From: Candidatus Multivorans sp.
GTDB lineage: Bacteria; Acidobacteriota; Thermoanaerobaculia; Multivoradales; Multivoraceae
NCBI GenBank assembly: GCA_965224025.1
Contig: OZ245033.1
Coordinates: 1,728,001-1,792,000, forward strand
DNA length: 64,000 bases
Reading direction: 5' to 3'
Both the position numbers and the translations under genes were made by a program. Of this stretch, positions 19,445 through 28,799 are shown piece after piece. Position 1 is the first letter of the stretch, and every line of letters begins with the position of its first letter. The notes beneath the pieces were generated by a model, which made no database searches, was not told the DNA's origin, and saw only the letters and a program-made list of their open reading frames with translations.

Positions 19445-21139
19445 ATGAAACAGACCTCCGACACCAAGAGCTACGACGCGATCGTCGTCGGCTCGGGCGC
19501 CACCGGCGGCTGGACCGCCAAGGTGATGACCGAGGCCGGCATGGACGTGCTGATGCTCGAGGCGGGCCGCGCCTTCGACCCCGAGAACGACTTCCGCGAG
19601 CACACCCTGCCGCACGACATGGAACTGCGCGGCCGCCCCGACCCGCGCAACGAACTGCTCCAGCGCCGGCACCGGCAGTCGTACTGCTACGCCTGCACCG
19701 AGGTCAACGCGGACTTCTTCATCGACGACGTCGACAACCCCTACACCGAGGCGCCCGGCACCCACTTCAACTGGATCCAGGGCAACGTCGTCGGCGGCCG
19801 CTCGATCATGTGGGCGCGCCAGTCGTACCGGATGAGCGACTACGACTTCAAGGCGGCCAGCCTGGACGGCTTCGGCATGGACTGGCCGTTCAGCTACGCG
19901 GACATCGCGCCGTACTACGACCGCGTCGAGCGCTACATCGGCGTCAACGGCCACAAGGAGGGTCTGGAGATCCTGCCCGACGGCGACTTCCTGCCGCCGA
20001 TGGCTTTCACCTGCGGCGAGGCGATGCTGAAGGAGACCCTGGCCGAGAAGTTCAACCGGCCGATGACGATCGGCCGTAACGCCGTTCTGACCCGCCGCCA
20101 CAACGGCCGTGACATGTGCCACTACTGCGGGCCCTGCCACTACGGCTGCCGGACGAACTCCTACTTCAACTCGCCGCAGACGACCCTCGTCGACTGCGAG
20201 GAGACGGGCAGGTTCATCCTGGTGCCGGACGCCGCCGTGATCAAGGTCGACATGAAGGCCGGCGACCTCGCCTCGGGCGTCACCTACGTCGACAAGAACA
20301 CGGACCAGACCCGCGAGGTCAAGGCCGACGTCGTCGTGCTCTGCGCCTCGACCCTGGCCTCCACCCGCATCCTGCTCAACTCGGCCGAGGGCGGCCTCGC
20401 CAACGAGAGCGACTGCCTGGGCCGTTACGTGATGGACCACATCTACGCGACCGGCGTGCGCGGCGTCCTGGAAGCGAGGGCCGGAGCTCAACCGGAGCGC
20501 GCGAACCGGCCGAACGGGATCTACGTCCCCCGCTTCCAGAACCTGAAAGACCCGGCGACGAAGAACCCGAACTACATCCGCGGCTACGGCTACCAGGGCG
20601 GCGAGAACATCACCACCTGGCAACACGGCAACGGCATTCCCGGCTTCGGCGCCGACTTCAAGCGGATGGTCGAATCGAGCACCGTCTCGACGATCGGCCT
20701 CGGCGGCTTCGGAGAAATCCTGCCGCGGCCCGAGAACCGCGTCACGCTCGACCCGGAGACGAAGGACAAGTGGGGCGTGCCGGTGCTGCAGATGAACACC
20801 ACCCTGGGCAGCAACGAGTACGCGATGGTCCAGGACATCATCGAGGAAGGCCGGGCCATGCTGGAAGCGCTCGGCTGCACGAACATCACGCAGAACACGG
20901 AGCCGGCGCCGATTGGCTCGGGCATCCACGAGGTCGGCACGGCGCGCATGGGCGACGATCCGAAGACCTCGTATCTCAACCCGTACCAGCAGTCCCACAC
21001 GGTAAAGAACCTGTTCGTGATGGACGGTTCCTGCTACGTGAGCGTCGGCTGCGTCAACCCGACCCTGACCATGATGTCGCTGGCGCTCCGCTCCACCGAG
21101 TACCTGGTCGACCAGCACAAGCGCGGAGAACTCGCATGA
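19445..21139 (+). CDS. GMC-family flavoprotein oxidoreductase (glycoside 3-dehydrogenase-like large subunit)
   Basis: IVVGSGATGG FAD motif, VGGRSIMW, CHYCGPCHYGC, IHEVGTARMG, NPTLTMMSL. Confidence 0.9.
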   Translation: MKQTSDTKSYDAIVVGSGATGGWTAKVMTEAGMDVLMLEAGRAFDPENDFREHTLPHDMELRGRPDPRNELLQRRHRQSYCYACTEVNADFFIDDVDNPYTEAPGTHFNWIQGNVVGGRSIMWARQSYRMSDYDFKAASLDGFGMDWPFSYADIAPYYDRVERYIGVNGHKEGLEILPDGDFLPPMAFTCGEAMLKETLAEKFNRPMTIGRNAVLTRRHNGRDMCHYCGPCHYGCRTNSYFNSPQTTLVDCEETGRFILVPDAAVIKVDMKAGDLASGVTYVDKNTDQTREVKADVVVLCASTLASTRILLNSAEGGLANESDCLGRYVMDHIYATGVRGVLEARAGAQPERANRPNGIYVPRFQNLKDPATKNPNYIRGYGYQGGENITTWQHGNGIPGFGADFKRMVESSTVSTIGLGGFGEILPRPENRVTLDPETKDKWGVPVLQMNTTLGSNEYAMVQDIIEEGRAMLEALGCTNITQNTEPAPIGSGIHEVGTARMGDDPKTSYLNPYQQSHTVKNLFVMDGSCYVSVGCVNPTLTMMSLALRSTEYLVDQHKRGELA

Positions 21140-21723
21140 GCAAGCAGACGACGAGACGCAAGGTCCTGGCGGCCGGCGTCGGCGCCTTCGGCTACGCCAC
21201 CCTGCAGGCCGAACCGATTCGCGCCGCGATCCCGGCGTTGGCGGCGTACCAGGCCGAGGGAACCGCCTGGACGCCACGGCTGCTGACTCCGGCACAGGGC
21301 GAACTGCTGGCCACGCTGTGCGAGCACATCCTGCCGCGCACGGATACTCCCGGAGCTCGCGACGCCGGAGTTCACGAGTTCATCGACCTCGAACTCTCGC
21401 TCGCCGACGGAGACGATCAACTGACCGCGCTCGGCGGTCTGGACTGGATCGACCGGCGCGCGCAGGCGCTCCACGGTTCGTCCTTCGTCGGTCTCGACGC
21501 GGACCGCCAGCTCGACATGCTGCGCGAGATCAGCGACGAGCACGAAGACCACGAACCGGGACTCGTCGCCGGCGCCGCCTTCTTCAGCGATCTGAAGCGG
21601 CGCACCCTGTTCGCGTTCTACACCTCGAAGACCGGCCGCGCCGAGGCGCTCGGGCTGCCGGACCGCGTACGCGTCGAGCGCTTCCGCGGCTGCCAGCACG
21701 AGCCGGGCGAAAGCCACGTTTAG
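21136..21723 (+). CDS. Gluconate 2-dehydrogenase subunit-3 family protein (Tat)
   Basis: TRRKVL, ILPRTDTPGARDAGVHEFID, FFSDLKRRTLFAFYTS; ATGA overlap with the GMC gene. Confidence 0.85.
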   Translation: MSKQTTRRKVLAAGVGAFGYATLQAEPIRAAIPALAAYQAEGTAWTPRLLTPAQGELLATLCEHILPRTDTPGARDAGVHEFIDLELSLADGDDQLTALGGLDWIDRRAQALHGSSFVGLDADRQLDMLREISDEHEDHEPGLVAGAAFFSDLKRRTLFAFYTSKTGRAEALGLPDRVRVERFRGCQHEPGESHV

Positions 21724-21758
21724 GACTTGAGGAATTCGTGAAGCGGCTCTATGTGATT

Positions 21759-23098
21759 GGCGCTTCAGGGTTGTGTGTGGGCATGAAGTGACTCCGGCGC
21801 GAGGTCGAGTCCGCCGAGATGGAAGTAGATGGCGAGCCGGAAGTGTGCTCGGTTTCGATAGCCGTGCGCTTTTCGCTTGATCTCCTGTATCTTCGCGTTG
21901 ATGCCTTCGGCGCGGGCGTTGGAGACGGTGGACACGGCGGCGTTGATGACGGCATCCCAGTGGTTCTTGATCATCTTCGCCACCTGCTTGATCGGTTCCA
22001 GGCGACTGCGGACGGCCCAGTTGTACCAGCGCTTCCACCGTCGCTCGGCCCAGCCGCGGCGCACGTAGCCCCACGAGGAGCGCGCCATCTCCTTGATCGC
22101 CCAAGCGCGAGCCACGCGAAGGTGACTCGCGCGAAGAGCAGCGAAACGCCGCTGCTGCAGGCGCGTCATTCGTCCACTCTTCATCAACCACAGGTAGCGG
22201 CTCCGCTTCAGACGCGAATCCCCCGCTTCGAGCAGCTCCCGCTGCTCAGCACGGCGAACCAGGTCCACGGCGTGGTTCAGGTGCGCGACGATGTGGAACC
22301 TGTCGTGCACGATGTCCGCATCCGTGTACTCCTCCACCGAGGAGATGTAGGCCGGCCACATGTCCATCGCCACCTGCTCGATACCCGCGCAGCTCTTCTC
22401 ACCCAACTCCTGGAAGTAACCGTCGATGGCCGACCGGCCGCGACCGTCGGCCACATGGGTCACCACCCCGCGTCCCAGATCGTTGACTACCGTCACGTAC
22501 TCGTGGCGCTTCCGAAACGACGTCTCGTCCACGCCGATCAACCGAGGCGGCTTCATCTCTCGCCGTGCCAGACCCCGTTCCACGGCCCGCCGCTGAATCC
22601 CCGCCGCCTGATCCCAACTCAGACCCAGACGGCAAGCCGCCGCATGCACGCTTGCCTCACGCAGCCACTCGACAGCCTCCGCTTCGAACAGCGCCGTGAA
22701 CCGCGAACCCGAGTCCGCCCAAGGCACCTTCAACTGGCGAATGCCGTGCTCGACGCAACGCACCCGAGGCACCTCCGCGTGAACCCGAGTCTGGTGCTGC
22801 ATCGTGTCCAGGTGACGCCAACGGCGATGCCTCTTGTCGTAGCCCGGACACGGCAAACCGCACTCCGGACAGCGAGTCTCTCCACAATGCTCGACGTGGA
22901 TCTCCACCGTGCCGCCAACCACCGGACCCCGGCGACGCGGATGCCGCTCGTCCATGCGAAGCACCACCTCCCGCACACCCCACGGCGGCTTGATCCCCAA
23001 CAGCCTCTCGAACGTCTTGGCACTCTTCATCCCGCCAGTCTAAGGCCGATCGGCAGCCTCTCTAGCAGCTCCGTCCCCACACAACAGCCTGAAGACCC
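21759..23098 (-). mobile_element. ISL3-family insertion sequence (1340 bp) with 8-bp target duplication
   Basis: TSD ATGTGATT at 21751-21758 and 23099-23106. Imperfect terminal IRs GGCGCTTCAGGGTTGTGTGTGGG and revcomp GGGTCTTCAGGCTGTTGTGTGGGG. Confidence 0.93.
21765..23030 (-). CDS. ISL3-family transposase
   Basis: CPECG zinc finger, [58 protein letters not shown]. Confidence 0.95.
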   Translation of the reverse strand: MKSAKTFERLLGIKPPWGVREVVLRMDERHPRRRGPVVGGTVEIHVEHCGETRCPECGLPCPGYDKRHRRWRHLDTMQHQTRVHAEVPRVRCVEHGIRQLKVPWADSGSRFTALFEAEAVEWLREASVHAAACRLGLSWDQAAGIQRRAVERGLARREMKPPRLIGVDETSFRKRHEYVTVVNDLGRGVVTHVADGRGRSAIDGYFQELGEKSCAGIEQVAMDMWPAYISSVEEYTDADIVHDRFHIVAHLNHAVDLVRRAEQRELLEAGDSRLKRSRYLWLMKSGRMTRLQQRRFAALRASHLRVARAWAIKEMARSSWGYVRRGWAERRWKRWYNWAVRSRLEPIKQVAKMIKNHWDAVINAAVSTVSNARAEGINAKIQEIKRKAHGYRNRAHFRLAIYFHLGGLDLAPESLHAHTQP

Positions 23099-23433
23099 AT
23101 GTGATTCGGCTCGACGATGCTGTACGGGACAAGCCGAAGTACGAAGGGTACAACCCGACCTACCGCCCCGGAAGGCCATGCATGTACGTGAGCAGTACCG
23201 CGTATGACCCCGACGTCCGGTTCAAACAACACAAGAACGGCTCAGGGCAGCCCGAATTGTGAAGAACCATGGCCTTTGGCTCATGCGGAGGAAGTACGAA
23301 CACCTGAAATCAGTACCTTCTGATGAAGCTGAGGAACGGGAGAAGCTCTTGGCCGAATGCCTGCGACGGAAGGGCTATTGGGTATGGCAGAACTGACGAA
23401 CGTCACGCGACACAAGCCCGGCGAGGGGCATGA

Positions 23434-23754
23434 ATGAACACCCTTGACCCAATAGTCCTGGACGAGATCGTCCGGCGCATCGTGGACGTGGCGCAGCCGG
23501 AGAAGATCATCCTCTTCGGCTCGGCGGCGCGGGGCGAGATGGGGCGGCACAGCGACGTGGATCTGCTGATCGTCAAGGATGGCGAGCGCTCCCTCGACGT
23601 CATGAAGGAGATTTACATGAACCTCGACGGTGTGGGAGTTGCCGTGGACGCTCTGGTTGCAACGTCGGAGCGTGTAGAGCGGTACCGCGACAGCCACGCC
23701 CTGGTTTTCAAGTCGGCCCTGCAGGAGGGACGGATCATCTATGAGGCGGCCTGA
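23434..23754 (+). CDS. Minimal nucleotidyltransferase (MNT) antitoxin
   Basis: IILFGSAARGEMGRHSDVDLLIV (GS..DxD motif). Confidence 0.88.
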   Translation: MNTLDPIVLDEIVRRIVDVAQPEKIILFGSAARGEMGRHSDVDLLIVKDGERSLDVMKEIYMNLDGVGVAVDALVATSERVERYRDSHALVFKSALQEGRIIYEAA

Positions 23755-24128
23755 CGCACTGCCCCAGGATGATCCGGAGGAGTGGATGGATCACGCCCGG
23801 AGCGATCTTCGTCTGGCGCAGAATCGCCTGCCTGGCCTCCGCCTGGAGCACCTGTGCTTCCACGCAGGCAGCGGAGAAGGCGATCAAGGCCCTGTTGATT
23901 CGTCGCGGCATCGAGTTTCCGTACGTTCACGACCTGAGCGTCCTCCTGTCCATCGTTGCGGAAGCAGGAGAGGATGTTCCGGAGTCGGTGCGGCTATCGA
24001 GACGGTTGACGCCGTATGCCGCAGCGGCCCGCTATCCCGGCATTACGGAACGGGTGACGGAAGAGGATCACGCGGAGGCCGTCCGCCTCGCCGAGAGTGT
24101 CGTTGATTGGGCGAAGGGGCGCCTGTAA
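23741..24128 (+). pseudogene. HEPN-domain protein, frameshifted near 23865
   Basis: EEWMDHARSDLRLA..LCFHA in one frame continues as QAAEKAIKALL..FPYVHDL..LTPYAAAARYPG in another. The family pattern is CFHAQQAAEKA. Confidence 0.8.
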
Positions 24129-24149
24129 CTTCGAACAAGGAGATCGAAC

Positions 24150-25016
24150 ATGTGTGACGACAGAACCAATGCCGACAACGCCAGGTACCTGCACGGGAAA
24201 CGGCTGACCCGCCGGGAATTCGGGGCCGTCTCGGCCGGAGCCGGCCTGACGATGCTGCTGCCCCGGCCGGCGAACGCCCAGAGCGTCACCGAGTCCGAGA
24301 TCGAGGTAGAGACCCCCGACGGCGTGTGCGACGGCTACTTCGTGCATCCCGCGAGCGGCGCCCATCCCGGCGTCCTGATCTGGCCGGACGCGTTCGGCCT
24401 GCGGCCGGCGATGCGGCAGATGGCCACGCGGCTCGCCGAATCGGGCTACTCGGTTCTGGTCGTCAACCAGTACTACCGGACGCAGAAGGCGCCGATCGTG
24501 GAAGGGACGGACTTCGGCGCCGCGCGCGCCACGCTGATGCCGCTGATGAGGTCGCTGAACGCGGACACCAACGTGACGGACGCGAAGGCCTTCGTGGGCT
24601 TCCTGGACAGCCAGCCGTCGGTCGACAAGGACCGGAAGATGGGGACCATGGGCTACTGCATGGGCGGCCCCATCACGATGCGCACCGCGGCAGCGGTGCC
24701 CGACCGGATCGGCGCCGGCGCCTCCTTCCACGGCGGCGGCCTGGTCACCGACCGGCCGGACAGCCCGCACCTCCTAGTGGAGAAGATGACGGCGCACTAC
24801 CTGTCCGCCATCGCCGAGAACGACGACCAGCGCCAGCCCGAGGCCAAGGACGTGCTGCGTGAAACCTTCGAGGCCGCGGGCCTGCCGGCCGAGATCGAGG
24901 TCTACGAGGGCGCGATGCACGGCTGGTGCCCGCCCGATACGCCGGTCTACCACGAGGCCCAGGCGGAGCGGGCGTGGAGCCGTCTGCTCGCCCTGTTCGA
25001 GCGCGCCCTGGCGTAG
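24150..25016 (+). CDS. Dienelactone hydrolase family protein (Tat-like signal)
   Basis: TRREFG, WPDAFGLRP, GYCMGG nucleophile motif, SFHGGGL, HGWCPPD. Confidence 0.9.
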   Translation: MCDDRTNADNARYLHGKRLTRREFGAVSAGAGLTMLLPRPANAQSVTESEIEVETPDGVCDGYFVHPASGAHPGVLIWPDAFGLRPAMRQMATRLAESGYSVLVVNQYYRTQKAPIVEGTDFGAARATLMPLMRSLNADTNVTDAKAFVGFLDSQPSVDKDRKMGTMGYCMGGPITMRTAAAVPDRIGAGASFHGGGLVTDRPDSPHLLVEKMTAHYLSAIAENDDQRQPEAKDVLRETFEAAGLPAEIEVYEGAMHGWCPPDTPVYHEAQAERAWSRLLALFERALA

Positions 25017-25110
25017 GAACTTGGGCCGCAAGAACTGGGTGCGCCGGCCTCTGGGCGTTCTGCCGCGCTGGAGCCGGGCCACGTCATCAGCCTGAGGGTT
25101 CGCATCGACA

Positions 25111-25743
25111 ATGATCACGATCTACCATGTCCCGCGGACCCGTTCGGCCCGCGTCATCTGGCTCTGCGAGGAGCTGGACCTTCCCTACGAAGTCGTCCCC
25201 GTCGACTTCAGCCCGGAGTACCTCAAGTCGGCCGAGTGGCGGCGGCTCAATCCGATCCGCAAGGTGCCGGCGTTGACGGACCTCGACGCGGCCGGCAACC
25301 CCTTCACGATGATCGAGTCCGGCGCGATGGTTCACTACATCCTGGAGCGGTACGGGAAGGGCCGCCTGCAGCCCCCGCCCGGAACGCCGGAAAGCGCCCT
25401 GTTCCTGCAATGGTCCTGGTTTGCCGAGGCCAGCCTCGCGCGCCCGCTCGGCGACATGGTCCACCACCGTCTGCTGAAACCGGAGGCGGAGCGAATTCCG
25501 GCCGTTGTCGAGGATGGACGGGCAAGAGCCGAGATCTGTCTAGGAGCCGTCGAAACGGCCCTTGACGGCCGCGACTACCTGCTGGGAAGCGAACTGACCG
25601 CCGCCGACATCATGATGGGCTACTCGCTGGCTCTTGCGCAGAGACTGGGGGTGCTTGACGAGAGGTACCCGAACGTCGTCGCGTACCTGAGACGGCTGGA
25701 AGCCCGGCCCGGATTCCAGATCGCCTTCGCGGCCGGCGACTGA
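25111..25743 (+). CDS. Glutathione S-transferase family protein
   Basis: RSARVIWLCEEL, LNPIRKVPAL, ESGAM, LTAADIMMGY. Confidence 0.9.
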   Translation: MITIYHVPRTRSARVIWLCEELDLPYEVVPVDFSPEYLKSAEWRRLNPIRKVPALTDLDAAGNPFTMIESGAMVHYILERYGKGRLQPPPGTPESALFLQWSWFAEASLARPLGDMVHHRLLKPEAERIPAVVEDGRARAEICLGAVETALDGRDYLLGSELTAADIMMGYSLALAQRLGVLDERYPNVVAYLRRLEARPGFQIAFAAGD

Positions 25744-25962
25744 TCAGAGGTGGTTGAAGTCGTCCTTCTTGATGCCGGGCATCAGTCCGCCCTCGCCGCC
25801 GGTCACCAACTCGACCCGTTCTGCGGGTCCGCGGGGCTGCCGAAGGGGAACCACAAGGCGCAGACCCTCCTCGATCAGCACCGCAAGCGTCCGGCCCGTC
25901 TGGGTCGCGAAACGGCTCGCCTCCACCGCAAGCTCGTCGTCGAGTTCCACCTTCGTCAGCAT
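25744..25962 (-). CDS. Small VapB/DUF2191-like RHH antitoxin, no adjacent toxin
   Basis: MLTKVELDDELAVEASRFATQTGRTLAVLIEEGLR...VELVTGGEGGLMPGI. Confidence 0.6.
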   Translation of the reverse strand: MLTKVELDDELAVEASRFATQTGRTLAVLIEEGLRLVVPLRQPRGPAERVELVTGGEGGLMPGIKKDDFNHL

Positions 25963-26014
25963 GGTCACTACTCTACGTCACCACAGACCCGGAGCCAATC
26001 CCGAGCGCCAAGCG

Positions 26015-27097
26015 CTATGAGAACAAGCTCCGCTGTGCCTCGCACGTAGCCATCGCCCGCACACTCTCCGCCGAAAGGGGCTCCGGCGACACGACGTACA
26101 GGTACTCCGTGTTCCTGAGGTGGCTGACTCGCCCGACCTTCTCGCCGCGCGGGTTGAAGACGCCGATTTGGGCGCCCACGTAGCGCCTGTAGTCGCTCTC
26201 GATCACCTGGACCTCGCCTCGCCGGGCCAGGATCGCCTCCATCTCCCCGCGGCCGATGAAGCCCTCGTCGCTGAAGGAAACGATGAGGTGCGGCGCCCGC
26301 ACCCGCTCCACGATCCGTTCCCAGGCAGCGCGGAATCTCCTCTTGCTGTTGAAGTCGCTCTTCCGTTCCCGGCAGTCGACCCGCTTGCAGGCTACGCCGT
26401 AGTGCTCGGGCTTGTCCCAGAGCACCAGGCTCTCCCAGACGTGGTAGTTGCCCAGGTAGCTGTGCTGGTTGTACGGCGGATCGAGGTAGGCGATGTCCGC
26501 TTCGAGCACGTCTACGGCCTCGGCCGCGTCCATGCGGTGCGCCATTCCCTTGCCGGCCGCGGCGCGCGGAGCGATGTCCGGCAGCCGCAGCTCCAGGTCG
26601 CCTAAAGCCCGCGGAGCCCACTGCTTGAGATACGCCATCTGCACGCCGGTCGTGCTGTCGACCCGATCGGCCGCCTCCATCAGCGACACGAGCACGATCG
26701 CTTCGAGCTCCGGATCGAGGTCCTTGCGCGCGATCTCCTCACGAATCGCGTCCACCCGCGCGCCGTTCTTCGGCTGCAGGTAGCGGCTCTTCTCGCAGAA
26801 GACGTCCGTGAAGTATCCCGCCGACGGCGGCAGCCGGCTGAACTCGTCGATCAGCAGCCTGGCCTGCCGGAGCTGCTCTGCCGTGCCGTCTGCCTCCACG
26901 TAGCAGCGGGCGATCGCCTCGCCGCAGGCCAGGTAGTCGTTTGCCAGCACCCGACACTGCCGCCGCTTCAGCGCGTCGCCCACCCTCGACGTGCCCGAGA
27001 AGAGGTCGAGCACCGTGCAGGCCGGCCGAAGCTGTTCGGCGATGTCGGCGATCAGCACCACGAACTGCCGTTTGGAACCGAGGTACTTGATGGGCAT
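26015..27097 (-). CDS. D12-class N6-adenine DNA methyltransferase (orphan)
   Basis: IKYLGSK, VLDLFSGTSRVG SAM-binding motif, catalytic YLDPPY. Confidence 0.9.
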   Translation of the reverse strand: MPIKYLGSKRQFVVLIADIAEQLRPACTVLDLFSGTSRVGDALKRRQCRVLANDYLACGEAIARCYVEADGTAEQLRQARLLIDEFSRLPPSAGYFTDVFCEKSRYLQPKNGARVDAIREEIARKDLDPELEAIVLVSLMEAADRVDSTTGVQMAYLKQWAPRALGDLELRLPDIAPRAAAGKGMAHRMDAAEAVDVLEADIAYLDPPYNQHSYLGNYHVWESLVLWDKPEHYGVACKRVDCRERKSDFNSKRRFRAAWERIVERVRAPHLIVSFSDEGFIGRGEMEAILARRGEVQVIESDYRRYVGAQIGVFNPRGEKVGRVSHLRNTEYLYVVSPEPLSAESVRAMATCEAQRSLFS

Positions 27098-27143
27098 TTG
27101 GATCTGCGCCTGCCCGCGTCGGCGCTGTCCGGAGCCGGCTCCT

Positions 27144-28424
27144 TCAGGGAGACGAAACGTCGTACGCCAGCAGTTCGTCCCAGTTGCGGATGTAGAGCAC
27201 GCCGTTGCTGACCACTGGATGGGCCCAGCTCGGGCGGCCGCGGTTGTCCAGGTTGAAACGACCCAGTTCGACGTAGCCATCGGGGTTCGCTTCCGCCAGA
27301 CCGGCGAGGTGCCTCTCGCCGAGCAGGAACAGCCTGCCATCCGCGAGAGTGAGCGAACCCTTGCCGACGCTGCGGTCTCTCCACACGGTTTCGCCGGTCT
27401 CGAAGTTCACGCACGCAAGGGCGCTGCCGAAGAACCCGTAGAGATGTCCCTCGTAGAGCACGACGCCGCCGTGGTGGTTCCGGAGGCGCGACTCGAACCA
27501 CGCCTCGGCGGTGCTCACATTGTCGCCGGCGACTCGCAGGCGGAGCGCGCCGCCGCCGGTGCCATAGTCCGATGTGTAGAAGACAAGGCCGTCCCCGTAG
27601 ATCGGCGTCGCCGCGTTCGCCGTGCGGTTCGCCGGCTCGCGGTAGTGCCAAAGCAGCTCCCCGTCCTCGGCCCGCACGCCGACGCCGGCCCGCGCCGTGA
27701 AGCCTACGATCGCACGCAGCGGCTCGCCGCCGTCCACCAGGTCGACGGCGATCAGGGAGGAGTAGCCGGCCCGGTCGGTCAGGCCGGTGCTGGTCCACGC
27801 CGTGGCGCCCGTCTCCCGGTCGAGCGCGGCGATCGCACCGCGGTCGCCTCCCGGCATCACGATCACCCAGTCGCCCTCGATCAGTGGCGACTCGCTGATC
27901 CCCCAACTGATGTTCCGCTGGTCGAAGTCCCGGAGGATGTTCCGCTGCCATGCCACCCTCCCGTCCGAGAGACGGATGCGCGCCAGTTCCCCCACGCCGG
28001 TCAGCGCATAGAGCGAATCACCGGCTACGGTAGGTGTGCCCCGCGGACCGTTGCCCCGACCGTCCCGCAACCGCGAACCGAGCTCGCCTTCCCACCGGAC
28101 GCTGCCGTCCGACGCGTCGAGGGCGAACACGAGGCTTCGACCGCCGCGAGTCCCCTGGACGTAGAGCGAGCCGTCGGCAACCGACACGGCGCCGTAGCCC
28201 TCGCCCAGGCCGTCGATGCGCCACAGCAGGGGCGGTCCCCCGGCCGGCCAGCGGTCGGTAAGGCCGGTCTCGGTCGACACGCCGTCCCGCTGCGGACCCC
28301 GCCACTGCGGCCAGTCTTCGGCGGCGACCGGGGGAGGCGGCGCGAACAGCGCGAGCAGGCACAGGCAGACGGCGGTCGAAACGACGGGTCGAAGGCCGAT
28401 CGAGCCGGTGTCCAGCCGCTTCAT
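27144..28424 (-). CDS. PQQ-binding-like beta-propeller (BamB-like) secreted protein
   Basis: Signal peptide, DWPQWRGP.RDG, GPRGTPTV, SESPLI, YSS, WAHPVVSNGVLYIRN. Confidence 0.88.
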   Translation of the reverse strand: MKRLDTGSIGLRPVVSTAVCLCLLALFAPPPPVAAEDWPQWRGPQRDGVSTETGLTDRWPAGGPPLLWRIDGLGEGYGAVSVADGSLYVQGTRGGRSLVFALDASDGSVRWEGELGSRLRDGRGNGPRGTPTVAGDSLYALTGVGELARIRLSDGRVAWQRNILRDFDQRNISWGISESPLIEGDWVIVMPGGDRGAIAALDRETGATAWTSTGLTDRAGYSSLIAVDLVDGGEPLRAIVGFTARAGVGVRAEDGELLWHYREPANRTANAATPIYGDGLVFYTSDYGTGGGALRLRVAGDNVSTAEAWFESRLRNHHGGVVLYEGHLYGFFGSALACVNFETGETVWRDRSVGKGSLTLADGRLFLLGERHLAGLAEANPDGYVELGRFNLDNRGRPSWAHPVVSNGVLYIRNWDELLAYDVSSP

Positions 28425-28799
28425 CGCTCGGACACTCTGCTCCGTCGAGACCTTCTGCGTCAACTGCCGCGCGCTCCGCCTGCATGCCTCCAGCCGCGCA
28501 GCAGCCCACCCTCGCCTGGTTCCGACGGGACCTGCGGCTGACCGACAACCCCGCGTGATCGTGGGCCGCCAGGAGCGGACGCCCCGTCGTTCCGATCTAC
28601 CTGCTCGACGAGGAGACCGAGGAACGCTGCGCCGAAGCTGGTCCCGAGGCGCGGACGTTCCAAGCCGGTCTCCTCTTCGAGCCGGAGGACATCCGAAGCG
28701 GCAGCGGCCGGCCGCACCGGGTGTTCACGCCGTTCTGGCGGAAGTGTCTGGAACACGAGTTCGGCCCTCCGGTGGCCGCTCCACCGCCGCCCGAGGACA

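Larger units (their letters stand above)
21738..23396 (+). pseudogene. Small GIY-YIG-like protein interrupted by ISL3 and frameshifted
   Basis: Removing the IS and one TSD gives MKRLYVIRLDDAVRDKPKYEGYNPTYRPGRPCMYVSSTAYDPDVRFKQHKNG/..ARIVKNHGLWLMRRKYEHLKSVPSDEAEEREKLLAECLRRKGYWVWQN*. GAGG RBS precedes GTG 21738. Confidence 0.7.

Noticed and set aside
28460-28790. Possible SMI1/KNR4-like remnant (PAAAASDVLRLEEETGLE)
   Set aside because: The resemblance is too short to support without a profile search.
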